Source: Oscillospiraceae bacterium (lineage in GTDB: Bacteria; Bacillota; Clostridia; Oscillospirales; Oscillospiraceae). From it: a stretch of 64,000 nt of DNA. The stretch is from contig JAHHSD010000004.1 of assembly GCA_020025425.1 (NCBI GenBank), positions 1,940-65,939 on the forward strand, written 5' to 3'. The notes under the pieces are model-generated. The model did no database searches. It was given only the letters and a program-made list of their open reading frames with translations, and was not told where the DNA came from. A program made the position numbers and the translations under genes. This document shows, piece by piece, positions 1 to 10,173 of this stretch. Each line of letters starts with the position of its first letter. Positions within the stretch are counted from its first letter, which is position 1.

Positions 1-1
1 C

Positions 2-358
2 AAGTCCTACCCCGGCGTCCGCGGCGTCTACCACTGCTACTCCGGCGGTCTGGAGGACGCCAAAACCCTGGTGAAGCTGGGCTGGATGCTGTCCTTCACC
101 GGCGTAGTCACCTACAAAAATGCCCGCAGATCCCACGAGGTGCTGGAGTGGCTGCCCATGGACCGGGTCATGGTGGAGACCGACTCCCCCTATCTGACCC
201 CCGTGCCCTTCCGGGGCAAGCGAAACGACTCGGGCCACGTCCATCTGGTGGCCGAGACCATCGCCCAGATCAAGGGGATGGACCCGGAGGAGGTCGCCCG
301 GATCACTATGGAGAACGGGATGAGATTTTTCAACATCCAGAAGGAGGAGGCGGTGTAA
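2..358 (+). CDS. tatD: TatD family hydrolase, C-terminal part (5' truncated by window)
   Basis: Frame from nt 2 reads GVYHCYSG...LSFTGVVTYKNA...VETDSPYLTPVPFRGKRN, typical TatD motifs; stop TAA 356-358. Confidence 0.9.
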   Translation, partial: KSYPGVRGVYHCYSGGLEDAKTLVKLGWMLSFTGVVTYKNARRSHEVLEWLPMDRVMVETDSPYLTPVPFRGKRNDSGHVHLVAETIAQIKGMDPEEVARITMENGMRFFNIQKEEAV

Positions 359-425
359 CCCGTCACCGCCTGCCCGGCCACGCCGGACCTCCCCGGAGCG
401 TCCTGGCAGCGACTAAAATCCTGTC

Positions 426-459
426 AAAAAAACCCGGAGGGCGTGCCCTCCGGGTTTTT
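426..459. terminator. Bidirectional intrinsic terminator
   Basis: aaaaaacccggagggc-gt-gccctccgggttttt palindrome between convergent tatD and the small ORF. Confidence 0.8.
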
Positions 460-462
460 ATC

Positions 463-582
463 TTATGCGGGGATCTCCAGCTCTTCCATGGCCTCCCGCT
501 CGCTGTCGGCAGAGAAGCAAAACCGCCCTGCCCAGTCGTAAACCTCCACGTGGTCTCTGACCCATACCATGCTGTAATCCAT
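463..582 (-). CDS. Small hypothetical protein, 39 aa (MDYSMVWVRDHVEVYDWAGRFCFSADSEREAMEELEIPA)
   Basis: Read by hand on minus strand: SD GAGGAG upstream of ATG, TG-extended -10 (tggTAGAAT) further upstream, stop TAA directly before the terminator; below ORF-track length cutoff. Confidence 0.7.
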   Translation of the reverse strand: MDYSMVWVRDHVEVYDWAGRFCFSADSEREAMEELEIPA

Positions 583-675
583 ACCGTTTTGCTCCTCTCA
601 TCTTTGATGACTGTATTCTACCAAATTGAGAGTCCAATATTACGGACTTTTTAGCATTCCAATACCGCAACGCAG

Positions 676-720
676 AAAAACACCCGTCAGTCCTGACCAA
701 GAGGGGACTGACGGGTGTTT
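676..720 (-). terminator. Intrinsic terminator downstream of SLC13 permease
   Basis: aaacacccgtcagtcc...ggactgacgggtgttt inverted repeat with A/T tracts. Confidence 0.7.
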
Positions 721-833
721 GCATACAGCCGGCTCCGCCCTTCTTTCAGGCGGCGTTTATGCGGCGCATCTGATTTTTAGATTGAGAGGTCTCCAAATCA
801 GTTCTCATGACCATTTCTTGTATCTCGGGGCTC

Positions 834-2120
834 TTACACCAGGGGGAACATGAAGTAGCACCAGGGAATCATAACAACGGTGGTCAGAACGGCAGGAATC
901 CAGCCTGCCTTCAGCAGATCCTTCTGGGTATATCCACCCACGTCCATCAGCAGGGGAACCGCCACCGTGGAGAAGGGCGTCAGGTAAGAGACAAAGCAAG
1001 CGGTAAACAGCATGTTTACAATGCCGATGGGGTTCCAGTTGTAAGCCGCGCAGGTCAGCAGTGCTACGGGCACCAGAGCCTGATACAGGGCGAAGTTGGA
1101 CATAAACTGAGTCACGATAAAGCCAGCGCACCAGAATACAGCATAAACAAACAGGTGGTTGGGGTTCTCGCCCAGGATTTTACTCACGAATCCGGAGATT
1201 AGATCGCCAGCGCCGGTGTTCACCAGTGCGTTGCCCATAGCCAAAGAGGCCACATACAGGAAGATGGGGGGCATGTTGAGGCACTGCATAGCGTCCTTCT
1301 CGCTCAGCACGCCGGTGAGGACGGTCAAAACAGCACCAATCACGCACACCAGCCAGGCAGGAACATTGATGTAGGAGGAGAGCAGGATGCCAATGACAAC
1401 GCCAACAAAGATTCCATAGCCCAGGAACTCGTGGATCGGATCCAAGGGCTTCTGCTCATCCAGCTTCTTGCGGTCGGCTTCGGAAATCAGGTTTCCGCGG
1501 TCCGGGCAGAACTTGGGGCAGATAAACGCGCCGCAGATCACAGCAATGATCAGCACGGGGATCCGCAGGATAAAGGCATCGAACATTTTGGACTGAAAAT
1601 TCAGGCCATAGGTCTCAAACAGGGTATTGTTGATGATGTAGGTAGTCGCGCCGGAACCAATGGGGAGGGCGGTAACGGTGGCAATGGCAACCAGGCAGAT
1701 GGAGAACAGGCCCTTCGAGGGACTGACTTCCATCTTACGGCAAAAGTCCATAACCAGAGGATAGCAGATAGAGAAAATCAGAATAGCGGAGGGGGCTACC
1801 TGTGCAATCAGCAGGGTGGCAATGCAGTAACCCAGCATTCCCTTGGTAAAGGAGCCACCAGATACTTTGTACACAAGATTCGTCACCTTGCGGACCATTT
1901 GGGTGCGGTTGAGGCCGCCGGCCACGATAAACATGGCGCCCATAATAATAGCAGAGCTGTTGGAGAAGGAGGATAATGCGGTCTTTGGATCTAGGCATCC
2001 GGTCAGCGTCAGGACCACCATAGAGGTCATAGCCACAAGGGGAAGAGGGAATTTGTTGGAAATATAAAGTACAATTGTAACAAGAAAAATTGCAATACAA
2101 ATAATCTGCTGCGTTGTCAT
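834..2120 (-). CDS. SLC13/DASS family (ion-transporter superfamily) permease
   Basis: 428 aa, highly hydrophobic; FIVAGGLNRT, LVNTGAGDLI, TQFMSN, YLTPFST and GGYT..DLLKAG motifs. Confidence 0.8.
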   Translation of the reverse strand: MTTQQIICIAIFLVTIVLYISNKFPLPLVAMTSMVVLTLTGCLDPKTALSSFSNSSAIIMGAMFIVAGGLNRTQMVRKVTNLVYKVSGGSFTKGMLGYCIATLLIAQVAPSAILIFSICYPLVMDFCRKMEVSPSKGLFSICLVAIATVTALPIGSGATTYIINNTLFETYGLNFQSKMFDAFILRIPVLIIAVICGAFICPKFCPDRGNLISEADRKKLDEQKPLDPIHEFLGYGIFVGVVIGILLSSYINVPAWLVCVIGAVLTVLTGVLSEKDAMQCLNMPPIFLYVASLAMGNALVNTGAGDLISGFVSKILGENPNHLFVYAVFWCAGFIVTQFMSNFALYQALVPVALLTCAAYNWNPIGIVNMLFTACFVSYLTPFSTVAVPLLMDVGGYTQKDLLKAGWIPAVLTTVVMIPWCYFMFPLV

Positions 2121-2146
2121 CTCACAAAACTCCTCTCAATTTTTTG

Positions 2147-3583
2147 TTATCCAGGAATAGGAATATCCTTGGGAATCGGCGATACAAAGGGGACTCCATT
2201 CGTGCGCCGATTCATTTCAGCTTTTGCCTTTTCTATCAGGGACGGATTATTGAACAGATCGATGGCGGACCCGGCAATGGTCTTGCCCGCCTGGAGCATT
2301 CCCTTCTTTGCCATGGGACTTTTACCCACAGCGACCTCCTGCCAGGAGTGCATGGGGGTACCTGCGGGCATGGTGGTCATGCAGATTTGGGCAGTAGGGC
2401 AGACTACACTCACATCACCCACATCAGATGATGCCATGGAGCACCGCTCAATAGGGGAGAGGGGAATGATCTGCTCATGCAGGGGCGCATCGTAATCCCT
2501 CATCAGCTGTGCCCGCATCTCCAGGTCGGCCACCTCGTCCACCAGACTTTTATAGAAGTCATCTCCAGGCTTCATGGTATTACGGAAGCCCTGGGCGTAA
2601 CTGCGGTCCGCATCGTCAAACGCGGGCGCCCCCACATGCTCCAGATTGGACTGCATCACCTGGCACAGAACACGGTTGGGCAGCACATTGGAGCAGGCCT
2701 TGACGAACTCGATTTCCACTTCGGTGTCCGTCATCATGGCAGCGCCTCTGGCGATCTTGTCAATTCTGTCCTTCAGGTTCTTTGCCTCGCCCAGCGTAGG
2801 GGCGCGCATCAGATACAACACGTCAGCGGTGGGCTGGACCACACCGGGCATTTTTCCGCCGCTGTTCAGAATGGCATAGTGGAATCGGCACTGGGTCGAG
2901 ACATGCTCTCTCAGAAATTGTACGCCCACATTCATCAGCTCGCAGGCATCCAGAGCGCTTCTGCCCATCTCGGGAGCAATGGCCGCATGGGCAGATTTCC
3001 CCTTGAAATGATAGCAGATTTGATAGTTTGCCAGATTGCTGCCGGTGAGTACGGCGCAGTTATCTGCAGGGTGCCAGGTCAGGGCCGCATCCAGGCAGTC
3101 AAAAGCGCCATCGCGGGACAGGAAACCTTTTCCGGCTCCACCTTCCTCTGCGGGACAACCGTAGAATTTGATAGTGCCTGGATGACCGGACGCCAGAAAT
3201 TCCTTCACAGCAACCGCTGCCGCAAAGGAACCCACCCCCAAAAGGTTGTGGCCGCAGCCATGGCCGGCCCCTCCTGTTAAAACAGGCTCCTTTTGGGTCA
3301 GATCCGCCTGCTGGCTTAGGGCATCCAGGGCATCAAACTCACCCAGAATGCCGATGACAGGTGCTCCGGAGCCATATGTGCCGCAGAATGCTGTCGGGAT
3401 TCCTTTCACCTTCTCCTCAACCGTAAAACCGTAGTCATGCAGTGCCTGAACATATGCTGCCGCAGCAAAGGTCTCGTGGTATCCAAGCTCAGGGTGTTCC
3501 CAGATTGCGTCGCTCATGGAACATAGCTTTTCTGCCTCACGGTCAATGACAGAAAGCGCTTCTTTCTTGTCCATTTGCGTCAC
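2147..3583 (-). CDS. M20D amidohydrolase, AbgB-like (p-aminobenzoyl-glutamate hydrolase subunit B family)
   Basis: HPELGYHE, GEFDAL, GHGCGHNLLG, GCPAEEGG, WHP, SSDVGDVS, HSWQ motifs; 478 aa. Confidence 0.85.
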   Translation of the reverse strand: MTQMDKKEALSVIDREAEKLCSMSDAIWEHPELGYHETFAAAAYVQALHDYGFTVEEKVKGIPTAFCGTYGSGAPVIGILGEFDALDALSQQADLTQKEPVLTGGAGHGCGHNLLGVGSFAAAVAVKEFLASGHPGTIKFYGCPAEEGGAGKGFLSRDGAFDCLDAALTWHPADNCAVLTGSNLANYQICYHFKGKSAHAAIAPEMGRSALDACELMNVGVQFLREHVSTQCRFHYAILNSGGKMPGVVQPTADVLYLMRAPTLGEAKNLKDRIDKIARGAAMMTDTEVEIEFVKACSNVLPNRVLCQVMQSNLEHVGAPAFDDADRSYAQGFRNTMKPGDDFYKSLVDEVADLEMRAQLMRDYDAPLHEQIIPLSPIERCSMASSDVGDVSVVCPTAQICMTTMPAGTPMHSWQEVAVGKSPMAKKGMLQAGKTIAGSAIDLFNNPSLIEKAKAEMNRRTNGVPFVSPIPKDIPIPG

Positions 3584-3885
3584 TCCCTTTCTCTCATTTT
3601 TCGCCCTTAGAAGACTATCGTCAGCATATCACCGACCATTTTTATTGTCAATTATAAACAAAATATATCAATTAAGTTCGTAATAAATATACTAAAATAA
3701 CATATTTCTTTGTATCCATTACGGCCTTATTTTATTTGAATATGTCTTCAATGCAAAATAAGTCTCTTTTATGTCTGTAATTACGAGAATACACCGCCGG
3801 CGCCTTGTTTTTAAAATCCGACGGTGATATATTGCTTAATATGAGGTGCATGTCAACGATAATCAAATAAGGCAGGGGATAACAA

Positions 3886-5220
3886 ATGACTTATTCAATT
3901 GCTGTGATCTCAGCAAGGGAATCAGTTGACAACATCCGCGCAAGTGACTTTGAAATCCAAAAGGAATGTAAAATTACGTATTTTGCGTACAACTCTCTGA
4001 CGGAGCTGCGGGATATCTACGAAAAAAACTACTGGAAGTATGACGGCATCCTGTTCAGTGGAAGTTTTCCACGGGACTATATTCTGGACAACATCGGGCC
4101 CATTCAGCGGCCCTATCGCTGTCTTGAATTGAAGGAGCAGGATTACTACCTCCTCTTTGCCAGGCTACTAGCACAAAATCCAGGCCTTGAGCTGTCCAAG
4201 ATCTATATTGACACAACTGTGAATCCTATTGTGTTCCAAAATGTCCTGCAAGATCAGTATTCCTGTGAAAAGGTCCCATATTACATCAAAAGTCAGGATA
4301 AAGGCAGCCTCATCTATACGTCCTACGACGCCTACTTCAGCTTGTATAAAAAATTATGGGAGCAGAAAAAATTCCGCTTTTTCGTGACCCGATTTACCAA
4401 CCTGGCCAATCGTCTTACAACAGAGAATATCCCCCATATCCTGCTTCGCCCCTCCACTGAAACCATCACAGACAGCTTTCACGACTTACTCAATGCCATC
4501 AGCCAATCCGCTGCGGAACACGAGCTGGTCGCCTACTGCGTGATCGAACTACCCAAGGCTGAACAAACCAAGGCCAATTATCAGGCGGTGGAAAAGGTGC
4601 TGACAGAGTTTAACCGTTCCCAGATTCAAAGTGCAATTATCCGAAAAAATAATAATCATTTTGAATTCATCACCTCAGGTCAGCAGGTGAAAAAAATCAC
4701 CAATGACTATACAATCTGTCTGCTTTCCAACCAGCTGCACAGTGAGATTCCATTCCCTGTGTATGTGGGCTGGGGAATCGGTTTCGAGGTCATGTCTGCT
4801 TACAAAAATGCCGCTCAGGCCGCAGCTGTATGCAAGCGCAAACACGATCATTTCACCTATCTGATCACAGAGAAGCAGGCAGTTGTCGGTCCTCTGAACG
4901 GGAACCGCTCCCTGCGCTACGACCTGCACCCGGATGCGAGAATCTATTCTGTTGCAAAAACAATGGGAATTTCCGCCATGAATCTGGAAAAGCTGATTTT
5001 CCTACAAAAGAACCGGAAGGAAAATGAATTCACCTCCAGCGATCTGGTCTATTATCTGGAAATCACACCGCGCAGCGCCTCCCGCATTTTGAGTAAGCTG
5101 AAAGAGTATGGTCTGGCGGTCCCTGTACGCAGTACTAATCTGAACGGTCACGGTAGACCAACCACTATTTACCGCATCAGTGTCAGCTCCATTGTGCCGG
5201 AACAAAAGCCCCCTAAATAA
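3886..5220 (+). CDS. Putative transcriptional regulator with C-terminal winged HTH
   Basis: 444 aa; C-terminal FTSSDLVYYLEITPRSASRILSKL...GRPTTIY is wHTH-like; divergent from the amidohydrolase. Confidence 0.65.
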   Translation: MTYSIAVISARESVDNIRASDFEIQKECKITYFAYNSLTELRDIYEKNYWKYDGILFSGSFPRDYILDNIGPIQRPYRCLELKEQDYYLLFARLLAQNPGLELSKIYIDTTVNPIVFQNVLQDQYSCEKVPYYIKSQDKGSLIYTSYDAYFSLYKKLWEQKKFRFFVTRFTNLANRLTTENIPHILLRPSTETITDSFHDLLNAISQSAAEHELVAYCVIELPKAEQTKANYQAVEKVLTEFNRSQIQSAIIRKNNNHFEFITSGQQVKKITNDYTICLLSNQLHSEIPFPVYVGWGIGFEVMSAYKNAAQAAAVCKRKHDHFTYLITEKQAVVGPLNGNRSLRYDLHPDARIYSVAKTMGISAMNLEKLIFLQKNRKENEFTSSDLVYYLEITPRSASRILSKLKEYGLAVPVRSTNLNGHGRPTTIYRISVSSIVPEQKPPK

Positions 5221-5267
5221 TGAAAAATCCGAAGCTCTGCACAGGCTGCAAAGCTTCGGATTTTTCA
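5221..5267. terminator. Bidirectional terminator
   Basis: tgaaaaatccgaagct...agcttcggatttttca near-perfect inverted repeat between convergent genes. Confidence 0.8.
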
Positions 5268-5282
5268 TTGTCTCAGACGTTC

Positions 5283-5561
5283 TCACTCACCGAAAACCCG
5301 GTGGAAAATGTCGTTCTGTTCGGGCAGGTGGGTCACAAAACCAACCGGGATCTGATTGCCGGTGGCCTCGATCACCCGTTTTGCCCCCTCAGGGCCGAAG
5401 GCCCCGCACAGCTCGATGCACTCGATTCCGTCGTTCAGCAGCCGTTTGGCTGTTTCGCAGGCGCTGTCCAGATTAGGCACTCCAATGATCTGCGCGGAGC
5501 CGCCGTGGATCTCAGCCTGTTCGTTCTGAAAGGGTCCCATAATCAAAAACGCAAATTTCAT
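5283..5561 (-). CDS. Conserved small protein (DUF6506-like)
   Basis: 92 aa MKFAFLIMG...IELCGAFG...IPVGFV; SD GGAGG upstream. Confidence 0.7.
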   Translation of the reverse strand: MKFAFLIMGPFQNEQAEIHGGSAQIIGVPNLDSACETAKRLLNDGIECIELCGAFGPEGAKRVIEATGNQIPVGFVTHLPEQNDIFHRVFGE

Positions 5562-5798
5562 GGTCTTGTTCCTCCTGTCATCAGGCGATTTTATGGCTTC
5601 ATCATAGCACCCGCCGGTGGGATTGTCCAGAACGATTCCCAGCCGCGAGGGGGCCTGTCCCGCTCCGCCTCCCCCACTTTACTGTCTGCATCGATTATGT
5701 TACACTGCGAGTATCATTCCTTGTGCGGCATCGGAACGGCGGCGATTTTCCCGCCCCGAACCGCCGGAAACTATGTGAAAGAAAGGGTGCGAACGCCC

Positions 5799-7064
5799 AT
5801 GACAGGTCAGGAAGCAGCGGAACGGATCCACCAGGAGGCCTGGACCGGACACAAGCCCGGGTTGACCCGCATCGCCCAGCTGATGGAGCGGCTCGGAAAT
5901 CCCCACACAGCCCTGCGCTATGTCCACATCACAGGCACCAACGGAAAGGGCTCCACCGCCGCCCTCACCGCCAGGATCCTGTCTGGTGCCGGATATAAAG
6001 TCGGTCTCTATACCTCGCCCCACCTCTGGAGCTTCAACGAGCGGTTCCAGATCGACGGCCGCCCCATCCCCAACGAAACTCTGGGTCAGATCGCAGAACA
6101 GGTGCTGGAAGCGGGCCGCCAAATGGAGGAGCACGCCACGGAATTTGAATTGATGTTTGCCGTGGCCATTCTCTACTTCCGGCAGGAGGACTGCGATGTG
6201 GTAGTGCTGGAGGTGGGCATGGGCGGAAGGCTGGACGCCACCAATGTGATCCCCTGTCCCGAGGCTGCGGTCATCACCAACATCGGCCTGGACCATACGG
6301 AGCAGCTGGGCGGCACCAGAGGGCTGATCGCCGCCGAAAAGGCCGGTATCATCAAGCCGGGCTGTCACACGGTCCTCTACCATCAGAGCAATGAGGTGGA
6401 GGAGGTGGTCCGGGCGGTCTGCCGGGCCCAGGGCGCCCCTCTCACCCTCACAGCCCTCCAGACCCTGTCGGTGCTCCGGTCCGACCAGACCGGTCAGAGC
6501 TTTCTGTACCGGGGCCGGCAATACCGCATCGGTCTGCTGGGGCAGTATCAGATCTGCAACGCCGCCACCGCCATCGACGTCATTGAGGTGCTCCGGTCAA
6601 GGGGCTGGGAGATTTCCGACTCTGCGCTGTCCGAAGGCCTGCTCACCGCCCGGTGGCCGGGCCGCATGGAGCTTGTACACACAAAGCCAGACCTGATCCT
6701 GGATGGCGGGCACAACGCCCAGTGCGTGGAGGCGTTGACCAAAAGCCTCGGTCTGCTCTATCCCGGCCGAAAATTCTGGTTCCTGGTGGGCGTCCTGGCG
6801 GACAAGGATTTTAAGGAGATGTGCGGATGGATGCTCCCCATAGCCCGCGGCTTTGTCACCATCACCCCGGACAGCCCCCGTGCCCTGTCCGCCGGGGCGC
6901 TTGCGCAGTATCTGTCAGACATGGGGGCGGAGGCGGTATCCAGTGACTCCACCGCTCAGGGCCTGGACCAGGTGCTCCGCCTGGCCCGGGAGGACGACGT
7001 GATCTGCGCCTGCGGCTCCCTGTATCTGCTGGGTGAGATCCGCCATCTGCTGGGGCTGTGCTGA
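5799..7064 (+). CDS. folC: Folylpolyglutamate synthase / dihydrofolate synthase
   Basis: HITGTNGKGST, YTSPHL, EVGMGGRLDATNV, DGGHN, CGSLYLLG motifs; ATG 5799 follows SD gaaaggg. Confidence 0.93.
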   Translation: MTGQEAAERIHQEAWTGHKPGLTRIAQLMERLGNPHTALRYVHITGTNGKGSTAALTARILSGAGYKVGLYTSPHLWSFNERFQIDGRPIPNETLGQIAEQVLEAGRQMEEHATEFELMFAVAILYFRQEDCDVVVLEVGMGGRLDATNVIPCPEAAVITNIGLDHTEQLGGTRGLIAAEKAGIIKPGCHTVLYHQSNEVEEVVRAVCRAQGAPLTLTALQTLSVLRSDQTGQSFLYRGRQYRIGLLGQYQICNAATAIDVIEVLRSRGWEISDSALSEGLLTARWPGRMELVHTKPDLILDGGHNAQCVEALTKSLGLLYPGRKFWFLVGVLADKDFKEMCGWMLPIARGFVTITPDSPRALSAGALAQYLSDMGAEAVSSDSTAQGLDQVLRLAREDDVICACGSLYLLGEIRHLLGLC

Positions 7065-7159
7065 CCCTGTCCCGCTTTGCATCCCACAGCAATTTGTGAT
7101 ACAATCGACCTGAAAACCCAGGCGGGACAGACCGCATTTCAGATAAAGGAGATCGAATC

Positions 7160-8305
7160 ATGTCCGCATTTCACTATTTAGACAACGCCGCCACCACGCC
7201 GGTGCGGCCCGAGGCCGCCCAGGCCGCGCTGACCGCCATGACCGAGGGCTGGGGCAACCCCTCCAGCCGATACGACCTGGGGACCCGCGCCGCCCAGCAG
7301 GTCAAGGAGGGGCGGGCCCAGGTGGCCAAGGCCCTGGGCTGTACGCCCGAGGAGGTATTTTTCACCTCCTGCGGCTCCGAGGGGGACAACTGGGCCATTC
7401 AGGCCGCGGTGGAGCTGGGCCGGCACAAGGGCAGGCACATCATCACCTCCGCACTGGAGCACTCCGCCGTGCTGGAGCCCTGCAAGGCCCTGGAGCGACA
7501 GGGCTATGAGGTCACCTATCTCAGGCCAGACCAGGCCGGCCGGCTGGATCTGGAGGAGCTGAAGGCCGCTCTGCGGCCGGACACCGTGCTGGTCTCCTTG
7601 ATGCTGGTGAACAATGAGCTGGGCACAGTCACCCCCATCCGGGAGGTCTCCCGCATTCTGAAAGCCTCGGGCAGTCCCGCTCTGCTCCACACCGACGCCG
7701 TCCAGGGCTTTTTGAAGGTCCCCTTCACCGCCAGAGAGCTGGGGGCCGACTTCATCTCCATCAGCGGCCATAAGATCCACGCCCCCAAGGGCATCGGCGC
7801 CCTGTACGTCCGGAAGGGCCTGAAGATCTCCCCCATGATCCGGGGTGGTGGACAGGAGGGCGGACTGCGCTCGGGCACCGAGCCCACCGCCCAGATCGCC
7901 GCCTTCGCCGCCGCCGTCCAGGCCGGCTTTGCCAGTTTGGACCGGGACCTGGCCCACATGGCCCAGATCAAGGCCTGCGCGGCCCAGACCCTCCAGGCCC
8001 GGGTGCCCGGCCTGATGGTGCTGACCCAGGGCACCGCCCCCCACATCCTGCCCGTCTCCCTGCCTGGATACAAGAGCGAGGTCATCGTCCGCTTCCTCAG
8101 CGACCGGGGGGTGTATATCTCCTCCGGCTCCGCCTGCCACCGGGGCAAACCCAGCCACGTCTTTGGGGCGCTGGGCCTGAATAAAAAAGTCCTGGACGGC
8201 ATGCTGCGCGTCAGCTTCTCCTACGACACCACCCAGGAGGACGTGGACGCCCTGGCCGAGGGCCTGGCCGCCGCCCAGAAGGAGCTGTTCACCAGTCTCT
8301 CCTGA
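7160..8305 (+). CDS. Cysteine desulfurase (IscS/NifS family)
   Basis: YLDNAATT, HTDAVQ, SGHKIHAPKGIG (PLP Lys), SSGSAC (catalytic Cys). Confidence 0.92.
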   Translation: MSAFHYLDNAATTPVRPEAAQAALTAMTEGWGNPSSRYDLGTRAAQQVKEGRAQVAKALGCTPEEVFFTSCGSEGDNWAIQAAVELGRHKGRHIITSALEHSAVLEPCKALERQGYEVTYLRPDQAGRLDLEELKAALRPDTVLVSLMLVNNELGTVTPIREVSRILKASGSPALLHTDAVQGFLKVPFTARELGADFISISGHKIHAPKGIGALYVRKGLKISPMIRGGGQEGGLRSGTEPTAQIAAFAAAVQAGFASLDRDLAHMAQIKACAAQTLQARVPGLMVLTQGTAPHILPVSLPGYKSEVIVRFLSDRGVYISSGSACHRGKPSHVFGALGLNKKVLDGMLRVSFSYDTTQEDVDALAEGLAAAQKELFTSLS

Positions 8306-8368
8306 TCGGCACTTCTGCCCTCTTGTATTTCTCTTTTTATTGTTGTATGATTGGAACAGAACATCTGA

Positions 8369-8458
8369 ATATGCCCGGGGAGCTTGCCAGACAGGCTGAG
8401 AGGAAGGTGTGCCCTTTGACCCGAAACCTGATTTGGATAATGCCAACGTAGGGATGAC
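8369..8458 (+). ncRNA. TPP riboswitch (THI element)
   Basis: GGGGAGC...GCTGAGAGG...GACCC..ACCTGAT..GGATAATGCC..CGTAGGGA consensus directly upstream of thi genes. Confidence 0.93.
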
Positions 8459-8475
8459 TGATACCGCGCAGATTG

Positions 8476-8515
8476 CCGGAGGCCGCCGTTTGGCAGCCTC
8501 CGGCTTTTATTTTTC
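8476..8515 (+). terminator. Riboswitch expression-platform terminator
   Basis: gccggaggc...gcctccggc stem followed by ttttattttt before thiS. Confidence 0.8.
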
Positions 8516-8533
8516 CGAAAAGAGGGAATTCAC

Positions 8534-8728
8534 ATGGTAAAAATCAACGGCGAACCCGTCCAGGCCGACGGCATGACTCTGGCCGACTATTTGACCCAGG
8601 CTCAGTACGACCTGAAGCGGGTGGCAGTGGAGCGCAACGGCGGCATCGTGCCCAAGGCCCGGTATGCCGACCTGGTGCTGTCCGACGGCGACAAGCTGGA
8701 GGTGGTCAGCTTTGTGGGGGGCGGCTGA
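8534..8728 (+). CDS. thiS: Sulfur carrier protein ThiS
   Basis: 64 aa ending EVVSFVGGG. Confidence 0.95.
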   Translation: MVKINGEPVQADGMTLADYLTQAQYDLKRVAVERNGGIVPKARYADLVLSDGDKLEVVSFVGGG

Positions 8729-8729
8729 G

Positions 8730-9368
8730 ATGGGCGTCCCCTCACAGGAGAAGATCCTGCAAACTCTGGAGGAGCGCCACAGCAAAGACCTCCAGGCCAG
8801 ATTTTCCGCCGCCTCAGTGGCGGTGTGCGGCCTGGGCGGGCTGGGCTCCCACATCGCCGCGGCCCTGGCCCGGGCCGGGGTCGGGCGGCTCCACCTCATC
8901 GACTTTGACCGGGTGGATCTGTCCAACCTCCACCGCCAGCAATATTTTCTCCCCCAACTGGGGATGGAGAAGCCCCTGGCTCTGCGCCAGACCCTGGAGC
9001 AGATCAACCCTTACCTCCAGATCCGCACCGACACCGTGCGGATCGCTCCGGACAATCTGCCCGCCCTGCTGGCTGACGACGGGATCGTCTGTGAGGCCTT
9101 CGACCGGGCGGAGGAGAAGGCCATGCTGGTCAACGGGGTGCTGGAGACCTTTCCCAAAACCTATCTGGTGGCCGCCTCCGGAATGGCGGGGCTCTACTCC
9201 GGCAACGAGATCCGCACCCGAAAAATTACAGGGCACTTCTATCTCTGCGGCGACGGACAGCACGACACGGCGGACGCCCTGGGCCTGGTGGCTCCCCGGG
9301 TGATGCTGTGCGCGGCCCATCAGGCCCACACGGTCCTGCGTATTCTGGCGGGTGAACTGGACCCGTAA
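8730..9368 (+). CDS. thiF: ThiS adenylyltransferase ThiF
   Basis: GLGGLGS, DFDRVDLSNLHRQ, EAFD motifs; ATG 8730 follows thiS stop. Confidence 0.92.
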   Translation: MGVPSQEKILQTLEERHSKDLQARFSAASVAVCGLGGLGSHIAAALARAGVGRLHLIDFDRVDLSNLHRQQYFLPQLGMEKPLALRQTLEQINPYLQIRTDTVRIAPDNLPALLADDGIVCEAFDRAEEKAMLVNGVLETFPKTYLVAASGMAGLYSGNEIRTRKITGHFYLCGDGQHDTADALGLVAPRVMLCAAHQAHTVLRILAGELDP

Positions 9369-9390
9369 CTTTTGAAAAGAAGGTATTTTT

Positions 9391-10161
9391 ATGGAAAACG
9401 ACAAGCTCATCATCGGCGGGCATGAATTTCACTCCCGCTTCATTCTCGGCTCCGGCAAGTACTCCCTCAAGCTCATCGAGGCCGCTGTCCGGGACGCCGG
9501 GGCAGAGATCATCACCCTGGCCGTCCGCCGGGCCAACACCAAGGAGCAGGAGAACATTTTGGACTACATCCCCAAAAATGTCACCCTTCTGCCCAACACC
9601 TCCGGAGCCCGAAACGCCGAGGAGGCCGTCCGCATCGCCCGTCTGGCCCGGGAGCTGGGCTGCGGCGACTTTGTAAAAATCGAGATCATGCGGGACACCA
9701 AGTATCTCCTGCCCGACAACGCCGAGACCATCAAGGCCACCGAGATCCTGGCCAAGGAGGGCTTTGTGGTCATGCCCTACATGTACCCCGACCTGAACAC
9801 GGCCCGGGACCTGGTCAGCGCCGGCGCCGCCGCCGTCATGCCCCTGGCCGCCCCCATCGGCTCCAACAAGGGCCTGGCCACCCGGGACTTCATCCAGATC
9901 CTCATTCACGAGATCGACCTGCCCATTATTGTGGACGCCGGGATCGGCCGTCCTTCCCAGGCCTGCGAGGCCATGGAGATGGGCGCGGCGGCCATCATGG
10001 CCAACACCGCCCTGGCCACAGCCGGGGACCTGCCCCTGATGGCCCAGGCCTTCCGCCAGGCCATCGAGGCCGGCCGAAAGGCTTATCTCTCCGGTCTGGG
10101 CCGGGTGCTGGTCCGGGGCGCAGACGCCTCCGATCCCCTCACCGGCTTCCTGCGGGACTGA
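9391..10161 (+). CDS. thiG: Thiazole synthase
   Basis: [36 protein letters not shown] motifs. Confidence 0.96.
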   Translation: MENDKLIIGGHEFHSRFILGSGKYSLKLIEAAVRDAGAEIITLAVRRANTKEQENILDYIPKNVTLLPNTSGARNAEEAVRIARLARELGCGDFVKIEIMRDTKYLLPDNAETIKATEILAKEGFVVMPYMYPDLNTARDLVSAGAAAVMPLAAPIGSNKGLATRDFIQILIHEIDLPIIVDAGIGRPSQACEAMEMGAAAIMANTALATAGDLPLMAQAFRQAIEAGRKAYLSGLGRVLVRGADASDPLTGFLRD

Positions 10162-10173
10162 GGGGGCAGACAG

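Noticed and set aside
5562..5798. THF riboswitch upstream of folC, and the 614-aa extended ORF from 5220
   Set aside because: THF consensus not found; the extension overlaps a terminator and an opposite-strand gene, and FolC similarity starts at 5799
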